Positions 1-8,423 of a stretch of DNA of 32,000 nucleotides are shown here, piece after piece. Numbering within the stretch: position 1 is the stretch's first letter; each line of letters begins with the position of its first letter. The DNA comes from Archaeoglobus fulgidus DSM 4304 (lineage in GTDB: Archaea > Halobacteriota > Archaeoglobi > Archaeoglobales > Archaeoglobaceae). The notes below the pieces were generated by a model. The model did no database searches. It was not told the DNA's origin and saw only the letters and a list, made by a program, of their open reading frames with translations. Made by a program: the position numbers and the translations under genes. The stretch covers positions 1,860,001 to 1,892,000 of the forward strand of contig NC_000917.1 in assembly GCF_000008665.1 (NCBI RefSeq), written 5' to 3'.

Positions 1-337
1 CCATTTCAGGGTTGGCAATCCCACCCCTATCGTTTATCAGCAGATTGTTTCCGAAGCAGGTCATTGGAGTCTCAATCACCAGCACATCAAGACTCTTCTC
101 AAGCTCCCTGAGCTCACTGGAGAGGACCTGATCACTAACCACTGCCCCCCTGCTGTTCAAAGCCATCATCGCCCCAACAAGCTCGGAACCGGCTATTTTT
201 GTAACGATAACATCAACATCAAGCTTCTCCTGAATGGCGTCAATCAGAGGCTCGTGGTTTACCCCCACTACTGCATACTCCTCAGACACCTTGGCGTAGA
301 GTCCAATCAGCGGATTGCCGTTAACAGCAACTTTCAT
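1..337 (-). CDS. eif6: translation initiation factor 6 (aIF6/eIF6), N-terminal part; gene runs off the window start
   Basis: Own minus-strand translation from ATG (335-337): MKVAVNGNPLIGLYAKVSEEYAVVGVNHEPLIDAIQEKLDVDVIVTKIAGSELVGAMMALNSRGAVVSDQVL...NDRGGIANPEM. This is the typical aIF6 repeat pattern. It starts 1 nt after the rpl31e stop. It is open-ended, so it is absent from the ORF track. Confidence 0.85.
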   Translation of the reverse strand, partial: MKVAVNGNPLIGLYAKVSEEYAVVGVNHEPLIDAIQEKLDVDVIVTKIAGSELVGAMMALNSRGAVVSDQVLSSELRELEKSLDVLVIETPMTCFGNNLLINDRGGIANPEM

Positions 338-613
338 TCACGCGAGCTCAACTTCCACTATTCCGTCGTCGAACTTCACAGCCCTTACTCTTATCTTTGT
401 TGGTGGTTTTTCCGCTCCTCTCTCCCAGATTTTCTCGTTAACAGCGGTGTCAATTTTCACGTTCTCTGGCTCTACCTTCATGTGCCTGCTGAGGAACTTC
501 CTGACGTACTTTGCAGCTTTCTTCGCCCTAAGCCATCTCGGATACCTCTTCATCTTGTGCCTGAGCCTTATTGAATAAACCCTCTCAACGACAACCTTGG
601 CCATTGCCCTCAC
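338..613 (-). CDS. rpl31e: 50S ribosomal protein L31e
   Basis: 91-aa [49 protein letters not shown]..., a basic protein with the L31e signature. Sits in the conserved archaeal neighbourhood with L39e and aIF6. Confidence 0.95.
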   Translation of the reverse strand: MRAMAKVVVERVYSIRLRHKMKRYPRWLRAKKAAKYVRKFLSRHMKVEPENVKIDTAVNEKIWERGAEKPPTKIRVRAVKFDDGIVEVELA

Positions 614-614
614 C

Positions 615-767
615 TCACACCTTCAGCTTGCTCCTCCTCCAGTGCCTCCTCTTGGGGCTTCCGAAGACGCTCCTCTTGGTCTTCACAGTAATCCAGACGG
701 GAGCTCTTCTGTTTTGCTTGTAGGCCTTCGCCAGCCTCTTCTTAACGCCAACCGTCTTCTTACCCAT
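615..767 (-). CDS. rpl39e: 50S ribosomal protein L39e (50 aa; below the ORF-track length cutoff)
   Basis: Own translation of the minus strand from ATG (765-767) to TGA (615-617): [50 protein letters not shown]. Classic L39e sequence. Confidence 0.9.
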   Translation of the reverse strand: MGKKTVGVKKRLAKAYKQNRRAPVWITVKTKRSVFGSPKRRHWRRSKLKV

Positions 768-771
768 AATA

Positions 772-1107
772 TCACTTCCTTATGATTCTCGTTTCCCTCT
801 TCTTGGGCTGAACTCTCTTCAAAATTTCAACGAGCATTTTATCAGTTATCTTGCTCTGAATTCTTCCAGCCTGAGCCAGATAAATAAGCTGGTTCTCAAC
901 TGCCTCAGCAATTTCAGGATGAGCGAGCTTTAAGCGTGAAAGTCTCTCCTTAGCTTCGGGCTCAAGAATTGCCCTCAAAATTGCCTTCTTCTGTGCCTCA
1001 ACCTGTCTCCTCATCTCCTCCTTCTGCAGCTCCTCAAGCTCCTTCTGCCTCTGCAACTCCATCAGCTTCCTGCGCCTTATTTCCTCCAGATCATCCATAA
1101 AAACCAC
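772..1107 (-). CDS. PDCD5/TFAR19-like DNA-binding protein
   Basis: 111-aa ORF with a charged helical N-terminus ([45 protein letters not shown]) followed by [17 protein letters not shown]. This is the pattern of the archaeal PDCD5 homologues usually found in this ribosomal cluster. Confidence 0.8.
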   Translation of the reverse strand: MVFMDDLEEIRRRKLMELQRQKELEELQKEEMRRQVEAQKKAILRAILEPEAKERLSRLKLAHPEIAEAVENQLIYLAQAGRIQSKITDKMLVEILKRVQPKKRETRIIRK

Positions 1108-1109
1108 CC

Positions 1110-1553
1110 TCAGTACTTTTCGAGGGCAGGTATCTCGGAAACGAGTTCAGATTTTAGCTCTGTTGCAACTTTGTCGAGGAAAGACCTCCCCATCGGAGTT
1201 ACAACTCTGCCCTCCCTTGTTTTCTTCACAAAACCAAGCTGCTCAAGCTGATGGAGCGCGTTTCTCACTATAGCCCCGCTTCCCTTTCTGAACTTCGGAG
1301 GCTTTGAACCCCTCCTCTTTCTCCCACCGTAGAAGGTTCTGAGCCTCTCGATGCCCACAGGACCGTCAATGTAAACTCTTCTGAAAATTGATGCGAGCCT
1401 CAAATACCACCAGTCATCCTGCTCTGGACTCCTCTCCTTGTGAACTCCCGTTTTAACATACTTTGCCCACTCTGGAGGGGCAACCATGTCCTTCAGCCTT
1501 TCGGCAACCCTCTTGATCAGCAAATCCGCCGGAACATCATACACTGTCGCCAT
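1110..1553 (-). CDS. rps19e: 30S ribosomal protein S19e
   Basis: 147-aa [25 protein letters not shown]...[56 protein letters not shown], matching S19e. Confidence 0.93.
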   Translation of the reverse strand: MATVYDVPADLLIKRVAERLKDMVAPPEWAKYVKTGVHKERSPEQDDWWYLRLASIFRRVYIDGPVGIERLRTFYGGRKRRGSKPPKFRKGSGAIVRNALHQLEQLGFVKKTREGRVVTPMGRSFLDKVATELKSELVSEIPALEKY

Positions 1554-1557
1554 ATCT

Positions 1558-1788
1558 TCACCTCTCGAAGGTTAGCACGAACCCTCTGAAATCAACGAGC
1601 CTGCCCTTAACCTTTGAAGCTATTTCCCGGGCAAGCTCCTTTTTATCCTTACCCGATGACTCTCTGAAGTTGCGGAGCATTCTAACCTTAACTGCCCCGC
1701 GCTTCTCAAGCAGGAAATTTATCTCGTTTATTAAGCTTTCCGTCACACCGTTTTTTCCAACATTTATCGTTACCACGTCCTTCACCAT
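1558..1788 (-). CDS. CRM-domain (YhbY-like) RNA-binding protein
   Basis: 76-aa ORF with the pattern [31 protein letters not shown] typical of the YhbY/CRM fold. A GGTGAGAGGAG Shine-Dalgarno-like sequence lies upstream. Confidence 0.75.
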   Translation of the reverse strand: MVKDVVTINVGKNGVTESLINEINFLLEKRGAVKVRMLRNFRESSGKDKKELAREIASKVKGRLVDFRGFVLTFER

Positions 1789-1848
1789 GCTCCTCTCACC
1801 GATGCCTGCCCTACCATTTCCTTTTGGTGGGGCTGTGTAAAAAATTTT

Positions 1849-2847
1849 TCATGGGAAGAGTGGTGGAGTTCTGAGTCCAAGGGTTTCGTCGAACCCCATC
1901 ATCAGGTTCATGTTCTGAACCGCCTGCCCCGAAGCCCCCTTCACGAGGTTGTCGATTGCGGAAACAACTACAACCCTGTCTTCTCCGGGATGGATGGAGA
2001 TGTCGCAGAAGTTGCTCCCCCTCACCTGACTGAGGGAGACACTCTCCTGAATTCTGACAAAGAAGCTGTCTTCGTAGAATTCCTCGTAGATTCTGTAAAG
2101 CTCCTCCCTTGTAAGCTCTCCCCTCAGAAAGACGTGGGCGTTGGTCAAAATACCCCTTGAGCCGGGATAGACTTGGGGGGTGAAGGAGATTTTGATGTCG
2201 CTCTGAAACCTGCCCAATTCCTGAACCATCTCGTAGTAGTGGCGGTGCTCTGTGATTTTGTAGGGCACTATTGACTCGTGCAGGTTGGGGTAGTGCGTGA
2301 AGGCGGAGGGAGACTCTCCAGCTCCCGTTATCCCGCTCTTACAGTCAAAAACAACCCTCTCAATCAGCTCAAGCTTTGCGAGGGGTGATGCTGCGAGGAT
2401 TGTGCCAGTGGGGTAGCAGCCGGGATTTGCCACAAGATTTGCCTTTTTGATTTCCTCTCTATGCAGCTCCGTCAAACCATACACCGCTTCTACATAACCC
2501 TCATGCTTTTTTCCATAGACTCTTTCGTAGGTCTCCTTATCCAGCCTGTAGTCTGCGGAGATGTCCACAACCTTTATCCCGCTGTCAAGAAGCTGGGGGA
2601 CGTACTTCATCGCCTCTCCGTGAGGGACGGCTGTAAAAACCAAATCGCAATCACCGAAATTGCTCAGCTCAGGGCTGCAGAACTCAAGGTCGTAAAATCC
2701 CTTCAGAAAGCGATGAACCTTCCATATCTTCTGCCCCTCATACCTTCTGGATGATGCTGCTATCACCTCCGCCTCGGGGTGGTTAGCGAGAATCCTGAGG
2801 AGTTCGGAGCCCGTGTATCCGCTCGCTCCAATTATTCCAACCTTCAT
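1849..2847 (-). CDS. argC: N-acetyl-gamma-glutamyl-phosphate reductase
   Basis: MKVGIIGASGYTGSELLRIL NAD-binding N-terminus and the active-site motif NPGCYPT. The start is placed at ATG 2845-2847 (MKVGIIG) rather than the ORF-track extension to 2868. Confidence 0.93.
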   Translation of the reverse strand: MKVGIIGASGYTGSELLRILANHPEAEVIAASSRRYEGQKIWKVHRFLKGFYDLEFCSPELSNFGDCDLVFTAVPHGEAMKYVPQLLDSGIKVVDISADYRLDKETYERVYGKKHEGYVEAVYGLTELHREEIKKANLVANPGCYPTGTILAASPLAKLELIERVVFDCKSGITGAGESPSAFTHYPNLHESIVPYKITEHRHYYEMVQELGRFQSDIKISFTPQVYPGSRGILTNAHVFLRGELTREELYRIYEEFYEDSFFVRIQESVSLSQVRGSNFCDISIHPGEDRVVVVSAIDNLVKGASGQAVQNMNLMMGFDETLGLRTPPLFP

Positions 2848-2886
2848 GAGGAAAAGGTTAAGAGGCAAAATAAAGAGTTTTCTGAG

Positions 2887-3144
2887 ATGGCGAAAGTTGA
2901 GGATGCTGTGAGGGAAGCTAAGGATGGAGTTCTCATTTCAGTGCACGTTTCTCCGGGTTCAAAGGAGGTTTCTTTCAGCTATGATGAGTGGAGAAGGGCG
3001 GTGGAGGTGAGGATAAAAAGCCCCGCCAAGGAGGGGAAAGCGAACAGGGAGCTGCTTGGCATATTCAGACAGATATTCGGTGAGGTTGAGCTCGTAAGCG
3101 GTGAAAAGTCGAGGAGCAAAGTTCTGAAAGGTAAAAGGGAGTAA
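2887..3144 (+). CDS. DUF167/YggU-family protein
   Basis: MAKVEDAVREAKDGVLISVHVSPGSKEV...VRIKSPAKEGKANRELLGIFRQIFG...SGEKSRSKVL shows the YggU pattern (P..GKAN......G..SR.K). The ATG at 2887 is used; the upstream part of the ORF-track frame overlaps argC antisense. Confidence 0.75.
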   Translation: MAKVEDAVREAKDGVLISVHVSPGSKEVSFSYDEWRRAVEVRIKSPAKEGKANRELLGIFRQIFGEVELVSGEKSRSKVLKGKRE

Positions 3145-3203
3145 GGAGGAAGCTGTTGAGAAGCTAAGAGGATTGATTGAAGGCAGATAAGGAAAAAAGA
3201 AAA

Positions 3204-4109
3204 TCAGGAGTACTTCTCAATCAGGTCCTTAAGGTAAATCTTGTGCTGGCCGAGCTTTCCTTCGTAGTTGCCTGCAGAGATTCTCACAACGCCGTCGATT
3301 TTGCTGACAACATCCATGCAGACGAACATTGCCTTCTCAACCACCTCTCTTTTAATGCCATTGATGACGATTTCTGGAATCGATTTAACGCCATCAGGAA
3401 CCTTTGAATCGGGGATTTTGCCTTTAAGTGTGGGACAGAAGTAGTGGTTCGTGCTTGGACCCATCTCCGGATACTTCGTTTCCGGCTTGCTTCCAGCGGA
3501 ACAGATGTCGAAGGACGTTATCACACCATCCAGCTGCTTTAGCGCCTCAACCGCGGCCTCTCCCGCCTCTAAAGCGGCCTCCTCGCTCTCGCAGAAGTAC
3601 CAGATGTTTCCACCAGCGATGCCCTCAGCGTAACCAATATAGCGCTCGATTATGAACTCTCCGAACATTATGGGGACTCTGATAACCTTCCTTCCCCACA
3701 TCTCGTCCTCCCACTCGTAGCCGTCACCGCACCTCCCAACGTTTATTTCAGCATCAAACTTCGTTTCGCTTTCGGTAGCATTGAAAACCCTCGTAGTGGG
3801 GACGACGAGAATTCCCTGCCTTATCCTCTTCCCCATCTCCCTCATCAAAACGTCAAGGAACTTCTTGGACTTCTGAACCCAAATCTGGCAGATGGCTCCA
3901 AGCCTGCCATCGGGAGTCTCCTGAGGTGAGAGCCATTTTTCAACACCACCCTCAGCTTCACCAAAAACGGTTGAGGGCAAGGCTGTTGCGGAGTATGCGG
4001 CCTTCTTAAGCAGCCACTTGTGCTTTGCCGTTACGATAATTCTCGAATATATCCCATCAAAAGCCTCGCAGTATGTATCATCAACCGGCACACCGTTCAG
4101 TTCGAGCAT
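3204..4109 (-). CDS. ftr: formylmethanofuran--tetrahydromethanopterin N-formyltransferase
   Basis: MLELNGVPVDDTYCEAFDGIYSRIIVTA... matches my recollection of Ftr N-termini (for example MEINGVEIEDTFAEAF in Methanopyrus). The start is set at ATG 4107-4109 because the TATA box at 4130-4137 lies 25 nt upstream. Confidence 0.9.
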   Translation of the reverse strand: MLELNGVPVDDTYCEAFDGIYSRIIVTAKHKWLLKKAAYSATALPSTVFGEAEGGVEKWLSPQETPDGRLGAICQIWVQKSKKFLDVLMREMGKRIRQGILVVPTTRVFNATESETKFDAEINVGRCGDGYEWEDEMWGRKVIRVPIMFGEFIIERYIGYAEGIAGGNIWYFCESEEAALEAGEAAVEALKQLDGVITSFDICSAGSKPETKYPEMGPSTNHYFCPTLKGKIPDSKVPDGVKSIPEIVINGIKREVVEKAMFVCMDVVSKIDGVVRISAGNYEGKLGQHKIYLKDLIEKYS

Positions 4110-4129
4110 GTTATAAGTTTTCATGATAC

Positions 4130-4137
4130 TATAAAAA
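4130..4137 (-). promoter_or_regulatory. TATA box (TTTTTATA on the minus strand) for ftr, implying a leaderless mRNA
   Basis: The plus strand reads tataaaaa. Its centre is about 25 nt from ATG 4109 and only about 10 nt from the alternative ATG 4124. Confidence 0.5.
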
Positions 4138-4158
4138 TTCTGCGACTGTGCTTGAAAG

Positions 4159-4791
4159 CTACAACCCGGATTTAAATCGTCTGACAAGCTCAACCAGCTC
4201 TCTTGCAGCCCTCTCAGGGTCATCCGCCGCAGCTATGGCTGATATTACAGCAATCCCGGCCACACCGGTTTTCAGAACTTCGATGGCATTCTGTTTATTT
4301 ATTGAGCCGATGGCCACAACTGGGACACTCACGCTCTCAACTATTCTCCTCAACCCTTCAATACCGATTGCCTCCCCCGCATCTTCCTTCGTTTTTGTTG
4401 GAAACACAGGCCCGACTCCGAGGTAATCAGCGAACCTCTCATCCTTCTTCGCCTCCTCAACGTTGCCGGCTGAAACGCCAATGTAGCCGGGAAAGATTTC
4501 CCTTGCCGCAAAAGCAGGCATGTCATCCTGCCCGATGTGGACTCCGTCCGCATCAACGGCCAGGGCAACATCTATCCTGTCGTTTACGAAGAAAAGAGCG
4601 TCGTAATCTCTTGTAAGCGCCCTGAGCCTCTTTCCTATTTCGTACATCCTTTTCGTGCTGAGCTTCTTCTCCCTGAACTGGATTGCTCTCACTCCAGCCC
4701 TCAAAGCCATTTCGGCAAGCTCCTCGTGCGTTCGGCCGAATTCGGAATCCGTTATGAAGTAAACGCTCAAATAATCCTCAAGCCTGCTCAT
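4159..4791 (-). CDS. thiE: thiamine-phosphate synthase
   Basis: 210-aa ORF with YFITDSEF...IQFREK...VNDRIDVALAVDADGVHIGQDD...GVGPVFPTKTK...VVAIGGI-like pattern, typical of ThiE. Start overlaps the thiM stop by 1 nt. Confidence 0.92.
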   Translation of the reverse strand: MSRLEDYLSVYFITDSEFGRTHEELAEMALRAGVRAIQFREKKLSTKRMYEIGKRLRALTRDYDALFFVNDRIDVALAVDADGVHIGQDDMPAFAAREIFPGYIGVSAGNVEEAKKDERFADYLGVGPVFPTKTKEDAGEAIGIEGLRRIVESVSVPVVAIGSINKQNAIEVLKTGVAGIAVISAIAAADDPERAARELVELVRRFKSGL

Positions 4792-5597
4792 CAGACCACC
4801 CTCTCAAGGTTCAGCCTTTCAATAACCTTCTCCGCGGTTATTTTTGAAATTTCATCTATAAGGTTTGAGCGAAAGCTTGCCGTTCCGGAGCTTTTCTCAG
4901 CCGCAAGCTCTCCGGCAACGTTGTAGCATGCCAGCCCCTCAAGTGAGGCGAGGAGAAAATCCTTCTGAACAGCCATGAAGCTGGCTATAACGCTACCGAG
5001 CATGCAGCCGCTCGCCGTAATCCTGCCGAGCATCTCCGTGCCGTTTCTCATTACGTAAACGCTTCTACCGTCGCTAATCAAATCCTCCTTTCCGGTTGCC
5101 ACAACCACCAAGCCGAACTTCCTGGCAACCTCCTTAACATCTGCAGCTTCGGCCGTAACTTTTGAATCAACACCCCTAACAACCCCCTCCTTTCTCAGAA
5201 GGCTAAGAATCTCCCCTTGGTTGCCCTTAATAACATCAACACCCTCCTCCGCAACCGACAAGGCTGTGGATGTTCTCAGCTTTGTTGCTCCAGACCCAAC
5301 TGGGTCGAGCAGAACCGGCACCCCTTTGCTTTTTGCCGATTTGACTGCCAGCATTACCGCCTGGATTATGTACTCGTCAAGGGTTCCGATATTTATCAGG
5401 AGAGAAGATGCAATCGAAACAAGCTCATCGATTTCCCCGTGAGCGAAGCTCATTATCGGTGATGCGCCGATAGCTATGGTTATGTTGGCAGAATCGTTCA
5501 TCGCCACGTAGTTCGTGATGTGGTGCACTACAGGCTTAAATTCCGCGATACGCGCAATGTCTCTTTCCAGCTCTTCTTTCAGCCTCTGGAGGTGCAT
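4791..5597 (-). CDS. thiM: hydroxyethylthiazole kinase
   Basis: 268-aa ORF with PVVHHITNYVAMNDSANITIAIGASPIM, VLDPVG and IKGNQGEI, which are ThiM hallmarks. Confidence 0.92.
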   Translation of the reverse strand: MHLQRLKEELERDIARIAEFKPVVHHITNYVAMNDSANITIAIGASPIMSFAHGEIDELVSIASSLLINIGTLDEYIIQAVMLAVKSAKSKGVPVLLDPVGSGATKLRTSTALSVAEEGVDVIKGNQGEILSLLRKEGVVRGVDSKVTAEAADVKEVARKFGLVVVATGKEDLISDGRSVYVMRNGTEMLGRITASGCMLGSVIASFMAVQKDFLLASLEGLACYNVAGELAAEKSSGTASFRSNLIDEISKITAEKVIERLNLERVV

Positions 5598-5644
5598 GAT
5601 TGAAGTTGCGTCAAGGATTAAGAACTTTTGCTCACTGATTGTGC

Positions 5645-5651
5645 AAAAAAA
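5645..5651 (-). terminator. oligo-T (T7) archaeal terminator candidate closing the fibre operon
   Basis: The plus-strand aaaaaaa run begins 8 nt downstream of the stop of the 5659..6570 gene. An AT-rich promoter-like stretch for thiM follows. Confidence 0.45.
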
Positions 5652-5658
5652 TTGAAAA

Positions 5659-6570
5659 CTAAATTTCTCTGTACTCGTAAACCACTCCTTCTGCTGCTAT
5701 TGAGTAAACTGCCTTTCCGTCAATCTCTGTCTTCACAACGGGACTGTCTGACATTGCAAAGACCTTTTTGAGGTCTTCCTCGCTTTCCAGTATGATTTTT
5801 GCACCCTCTCTCCTGCCATTAATGACGTGGGGATTTCTCCTTTCTCTCTTGAAAGCATCTCTGTTCAGAATCGCTACCGGCACTGCAGCGAAAACCGCCA
5901 TCGCCGCATAAACTATTCTGGCGCTGTTTACACTCAATCCACCAAAGCTGTTCTCTGTGACTTCTTTCGTGCTGTAAACCGTTCTTATACTCTTAGAATC
6001 ATCTGAAAAGCTGTAAAGGTCGCTCCCTTCCTTCAGCGTGATTGTGTGGTTGAAGCTCTCGTTTTCGGCTTTAGCTGTGAAGGCTATCTCCGTAATCCTC
6101 GTTAGTCTCGGCAGCGCTGTGCCATCTTTCACCGCAGCAAGTCTTTCGCCCATCTGGGTGAAGTTAAACGCAATCGGAATGCTCAAACTACCAGCGAACT
6201 CACCCTGCTCGTCCTTTAGCGTGTCCTCCCAAATCTGAACCTTGTCTCTCCCATCCTGAACGAAGTAGGTGGTTCTGACAGTCATTCGATACTCTCCAGC
6301 CCTTTCAGGGCTTATGGAGTAGAGATACTCGCCCTCTATGCTCCCTGTAATTCCGGCAGGGTAGTAGTCGAGCGATGCCTTACTGCCGTAAATTGATTCA
6401 TTCGAAAGCATTGCATGATGCTTAAACTCTCCCTTCTGCTCCACCACCTCATTAATAACACTTCTCACACTCTCAGCCGGAGTTGAGAAGGCGTAAAGGG
6501 CCATGACAGCCAGCAATGCTGCCGCAACAGACAGCACAACTGTCGTCAATTTTTTATATTTAGATTCCAT
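5659..6570 (-). CDS. bitopic membrane protein of the fibre operon: N-terminal TM or signal anchor, about 190-aa external domain, C-terminal TM, about 70-aa cytoplasmic tail
   Basis: Hydrophobic segments LTTVVLSVAAALLAVMALYAF and IVYAAMAVFAAVPVAIL, followed by a basic stop-transfer RDAFKRERRN. A GGTGAT SD sits in the 6-nt gap after the upstream gene. No family recognised with certainty. Confidence 0.7.
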   Translation of the reverse strand: MESKYKKLTTVVLSVAAALLAVMALYAFSTPAESVRSVINEVVEQKGEFKHHAMLSNESIYGSKASLDYYPAGITGSIEGEYLYSISPERAGEYRMTVRTTYFVQDGRDKVQIWEDTLKDEQGEFAGSLSIPIAFNFTQMGERLAAVKDGTALPRLTRITEIAFTAKAENESFNHTITLKEGSDLYSFSDDSKSIRTVYSTKEVTENSFGGLSVNSARIVYAAMAVFAAVPVAILNRDAFKRERRNPHVINGRREGAKIILESEEDLKKVFAMSDSPVVKTEIDGKAVYSIAAEGVVYEYREI

Positions 6571-6576
6571 ATAAAA

Positions 6577-7389
6577 TCACCTCACTGCTTTAACGATGAT
6601 GGGGTTGCTCACAATTCCAAGCCCCTTGATTTCCGCACCATCGTTGAGATTGTAACTTCCCGGACTTGTGAACTCCTGTTTTCCCGCAGGATTGTGCTTT
6701 GTTGCGATTGTTACATCCATGAACTCTGTTCCCTCAACATAGACATCCCAGACTATCTTGGTTGTACAGCTCCTCCCCGCTCCGGGGTGGTGGGTTGCGA
6801 AACTGCCATCTGAAGCTGCTATGCTCAGAACCTCAAACTCTGCAGGAATCGTGTCAAGGATGGTGTAATTGTCACCAGCATCGCTCTCGACGAGAATTCT
6901 GAACTTCCATACCTCTCTCGTGAAGAGCGGGACAGTTGTGTTACCGCTGAGTAACACTTTGCTCATCCTGACAGCTGGGTCAACAACTTTAACGCTGCAT
7001 GCAGGGATTTTGGCTGAACCGTTATCCCAGAAAGCCTCGATGTCAATCGGTATCGTGTACTCTCCCTGACTTCCTCTGAATTCAGCCTCAACGAGCTTTT
7101 CCTCACCTGCATACAGAAAAGTCGGGTTGCTGAATGTCAGGATGTCATTTGGTGTGGAGAAGTACAGCTCAACATCCTCCCCAAGGTTGTTTTTCACGCT
7201 AATCACACCTGTGCTATCGCCATTGGCAAGGTAGAGAGTCATTTCGGGGCATTCAAAGCCTATGTAGGAGCTGTTGTTATCAGCTATGTTGACAGCAACT
7301 CCCCTCGCCCCGTAATACTCTCTGAAATTACCACTCGAACCCAGAACGAGCACGAGCGTGGCGGCAAGGATTATTAACAACTTTTTCAT
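6577..7389 (-). CDS. secreted two-domain protein (putative tip or adhesin subunit)
   Basis: Signal peptide MKKLLIILAATLVLVLGSSG. The mature N-terminus NFREYYGARGVAVNIADNNSSYIGF is homologous to that of the 8887..9420 product. The C-terminal half (YTILDTIPAEFEVLSIAASDG...TKIVWDVYVEGTEFMDVTIATK) resembles DUF11/Cna-B-type adhesin repeats. ATGA overlap with the upstream peptidase gene. Confidence 0.75.
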   Translation of the reverse strand: MKKLLIILAATLVLVLGSSGNFREYYGARGVAVNIADNNSSYIGFECPEMTLYLANGDSTGVISVKNNLGEDVELYFSTPNDILTFSNPTFLYAGEEKLVEAEFRGSQGEYTIPIDIEAFWDNGSAKIPACSVKVVDPAVRMSKVLLSGNTTVPLFTREVWKFRILVESDAGDNYTILDTIPAEFEVLSIAASDGSFATHHPGAGRSCTTKIVWDVYVEGTEFMDVTIATKHNPAGKQEFTSPGSYNLNDGAEIKGLGIVSNPIIVKAVR

Positions 7390-8423
7390 AATTTCAACCT
7401 CCTTCTTTTACTCAATCTTATAACCTCCTCCTCTCCAGCCCTCGTGGCGTAGTATATCACGCCCAGAACCGCTGCTAGCTCCACCGCAAAGGCAGCGAGC
7501 GGCAGGAAAGGATTCAAACCGTACATTCTGATTATCAAATCTGATGGTAAAATGAGCGGATAAGCGTGAACCTTTACCTCCTCATAATAAATTCTTGTTT
7601 CTGACGGAACTCTAACGTGAACGCTTAACTCTGCCCTGTCCCCTCCTGAAAGTATTTTGCTCTCATCCTTCAGCTCCACTCTCTCACTTTCTGAGCTGAA
7701 AAGGTAAAGGAGTGGAAAAAGGGCGTTGTTCTTTATCTCAATCTGCCTGTCAAACTCCGATTCGGGAAGATACCACCCCTCTTTCTGCCCACCTGCCAGC
7801 GTTGATGCATAGTTGAACCCAACAACCCCCCAAGTGGCGATAACCGAAAGAAGGAGCATTGCAATTGATATTGTTGAGACTGCAACGTAGGCAGTTTTGT
7901 ATCTCAGCCTGTAAACCTTTCTCTCCTTCTTCCTCCTCTCTTCTTTTCCCGTCAAAAGCATAGCTCCACCTACTATCATGAAAACTGCAAGCAGAATGTT
8001 CATTGTTGTGCCCGAAAGTCTCTGAATGTAGTTTCCCACCTCAGGGATTTTTATGGGATTTCCAAGCAAAACCAAAACTACTCCCGCAACGCTCTCCCTT
8101 TTGACAACACTATTAGACCCCTGCTGGTCTGTGGCGATGTTGTGGTCTCCTTTGGTTATGTATCCCCCATCCGTCTCCGCCACAACTCTGTGGACCGTCC
8201 AGTGGCCGTTGAGGTTGAACACGATTATGTCGTCCGGCTTCGCCTCTGCCAGCGGATTTATGAGGAAAAGGTCTCCTCTGTTCAGCGTTGGAGTCATGCT
8301 GTCTGATGTAACGTAGGAAAGCAGAACCGGCCTGTTAAGCAAAAATCCTGCCGTTGATGCAAGCAGAAATACTGCAAGAATAAGCATGAGAAGGTCAGAC
8401 AGCTTCATCGCACTCACCTTCAA
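7386..8423 (-). CDS. type I signal peptidase, Sec11/SipW (Ser-His) type, fused to a roughly 195-aa polytopic C-terminal extension
   Basis: N-terminal TM followed by SDSMTPTLNRGDLFLINP (catalytic Ser box), WTVHRVV (His box) and GYITKGDHNIATD (GD.N..D box). No catalytic Lys box. Extra TMs are NILLAVFMIVGGAMLLTG, VAVSTISIAMLLLSVIATWGVVGF and LPLAAFAVELAAVLGVIYYA. Confidence 0.85.
   Translation of the reverse strand: MKVSAMKLSDLLMLILAVFLLASTAGFLLNRPVLLSYVTSDSMTPTLNRGDLFLINPLAEAKPDDIIVFNLNGHWTVHRVVAETDGGYITKGDHNIATDQQGSNSVVKRESVAGVVLVLLGNPIKIPEVGNYIQRLSGTTMNILLAVFMIVGGAMLLTGKEERRKKERKVYRLRYKTAYVAVSTISIAMLLLSVIATWGVVGFNYASTLAGGQKEGWYLPESEFDRQIEIKNNALFPLLYLFSSESERVELKDESKILSGGDRAELSVHVRVPSETRIYYEEVKVHAYPLILPSDLIIRMYGLNPFLPLAAFAVELAAVLGVIYYATRAGEEEVIRLSKRRRLKL

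Noticed and set aside
254-578. Plus-strand ORFs of 106 aa and 87 aa
   Set aside because: They are antisense to aIF6 and L31e, give low-complexity Leu/Ser/Phe-rich translations and show no start context. These are shadow ORFs of highly expressed minus-strand genes.
2461-2754. Plus-strand 97-aa ORF
   Set aside because: It lies entirely antisense within argC and shows no recognisable motifs.
3177-3655. Plus-strand ORFs (76, 75 and 60 aa) inside ftr
   Set aside because: They are antisense to a well-supported gene, and the Pro/Arg/Ser-rich translations are typical of GC-rich antisense frames.
4148-4926. Plus-strand ORFs (92, 137 and 129 aa) and a minus-strand alternative-frame 73-aa ORF over thiE/thiM
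   Set aside because: They overlap confident thiE/thiM coding sequence and give compositionally biased, motif-free translations.
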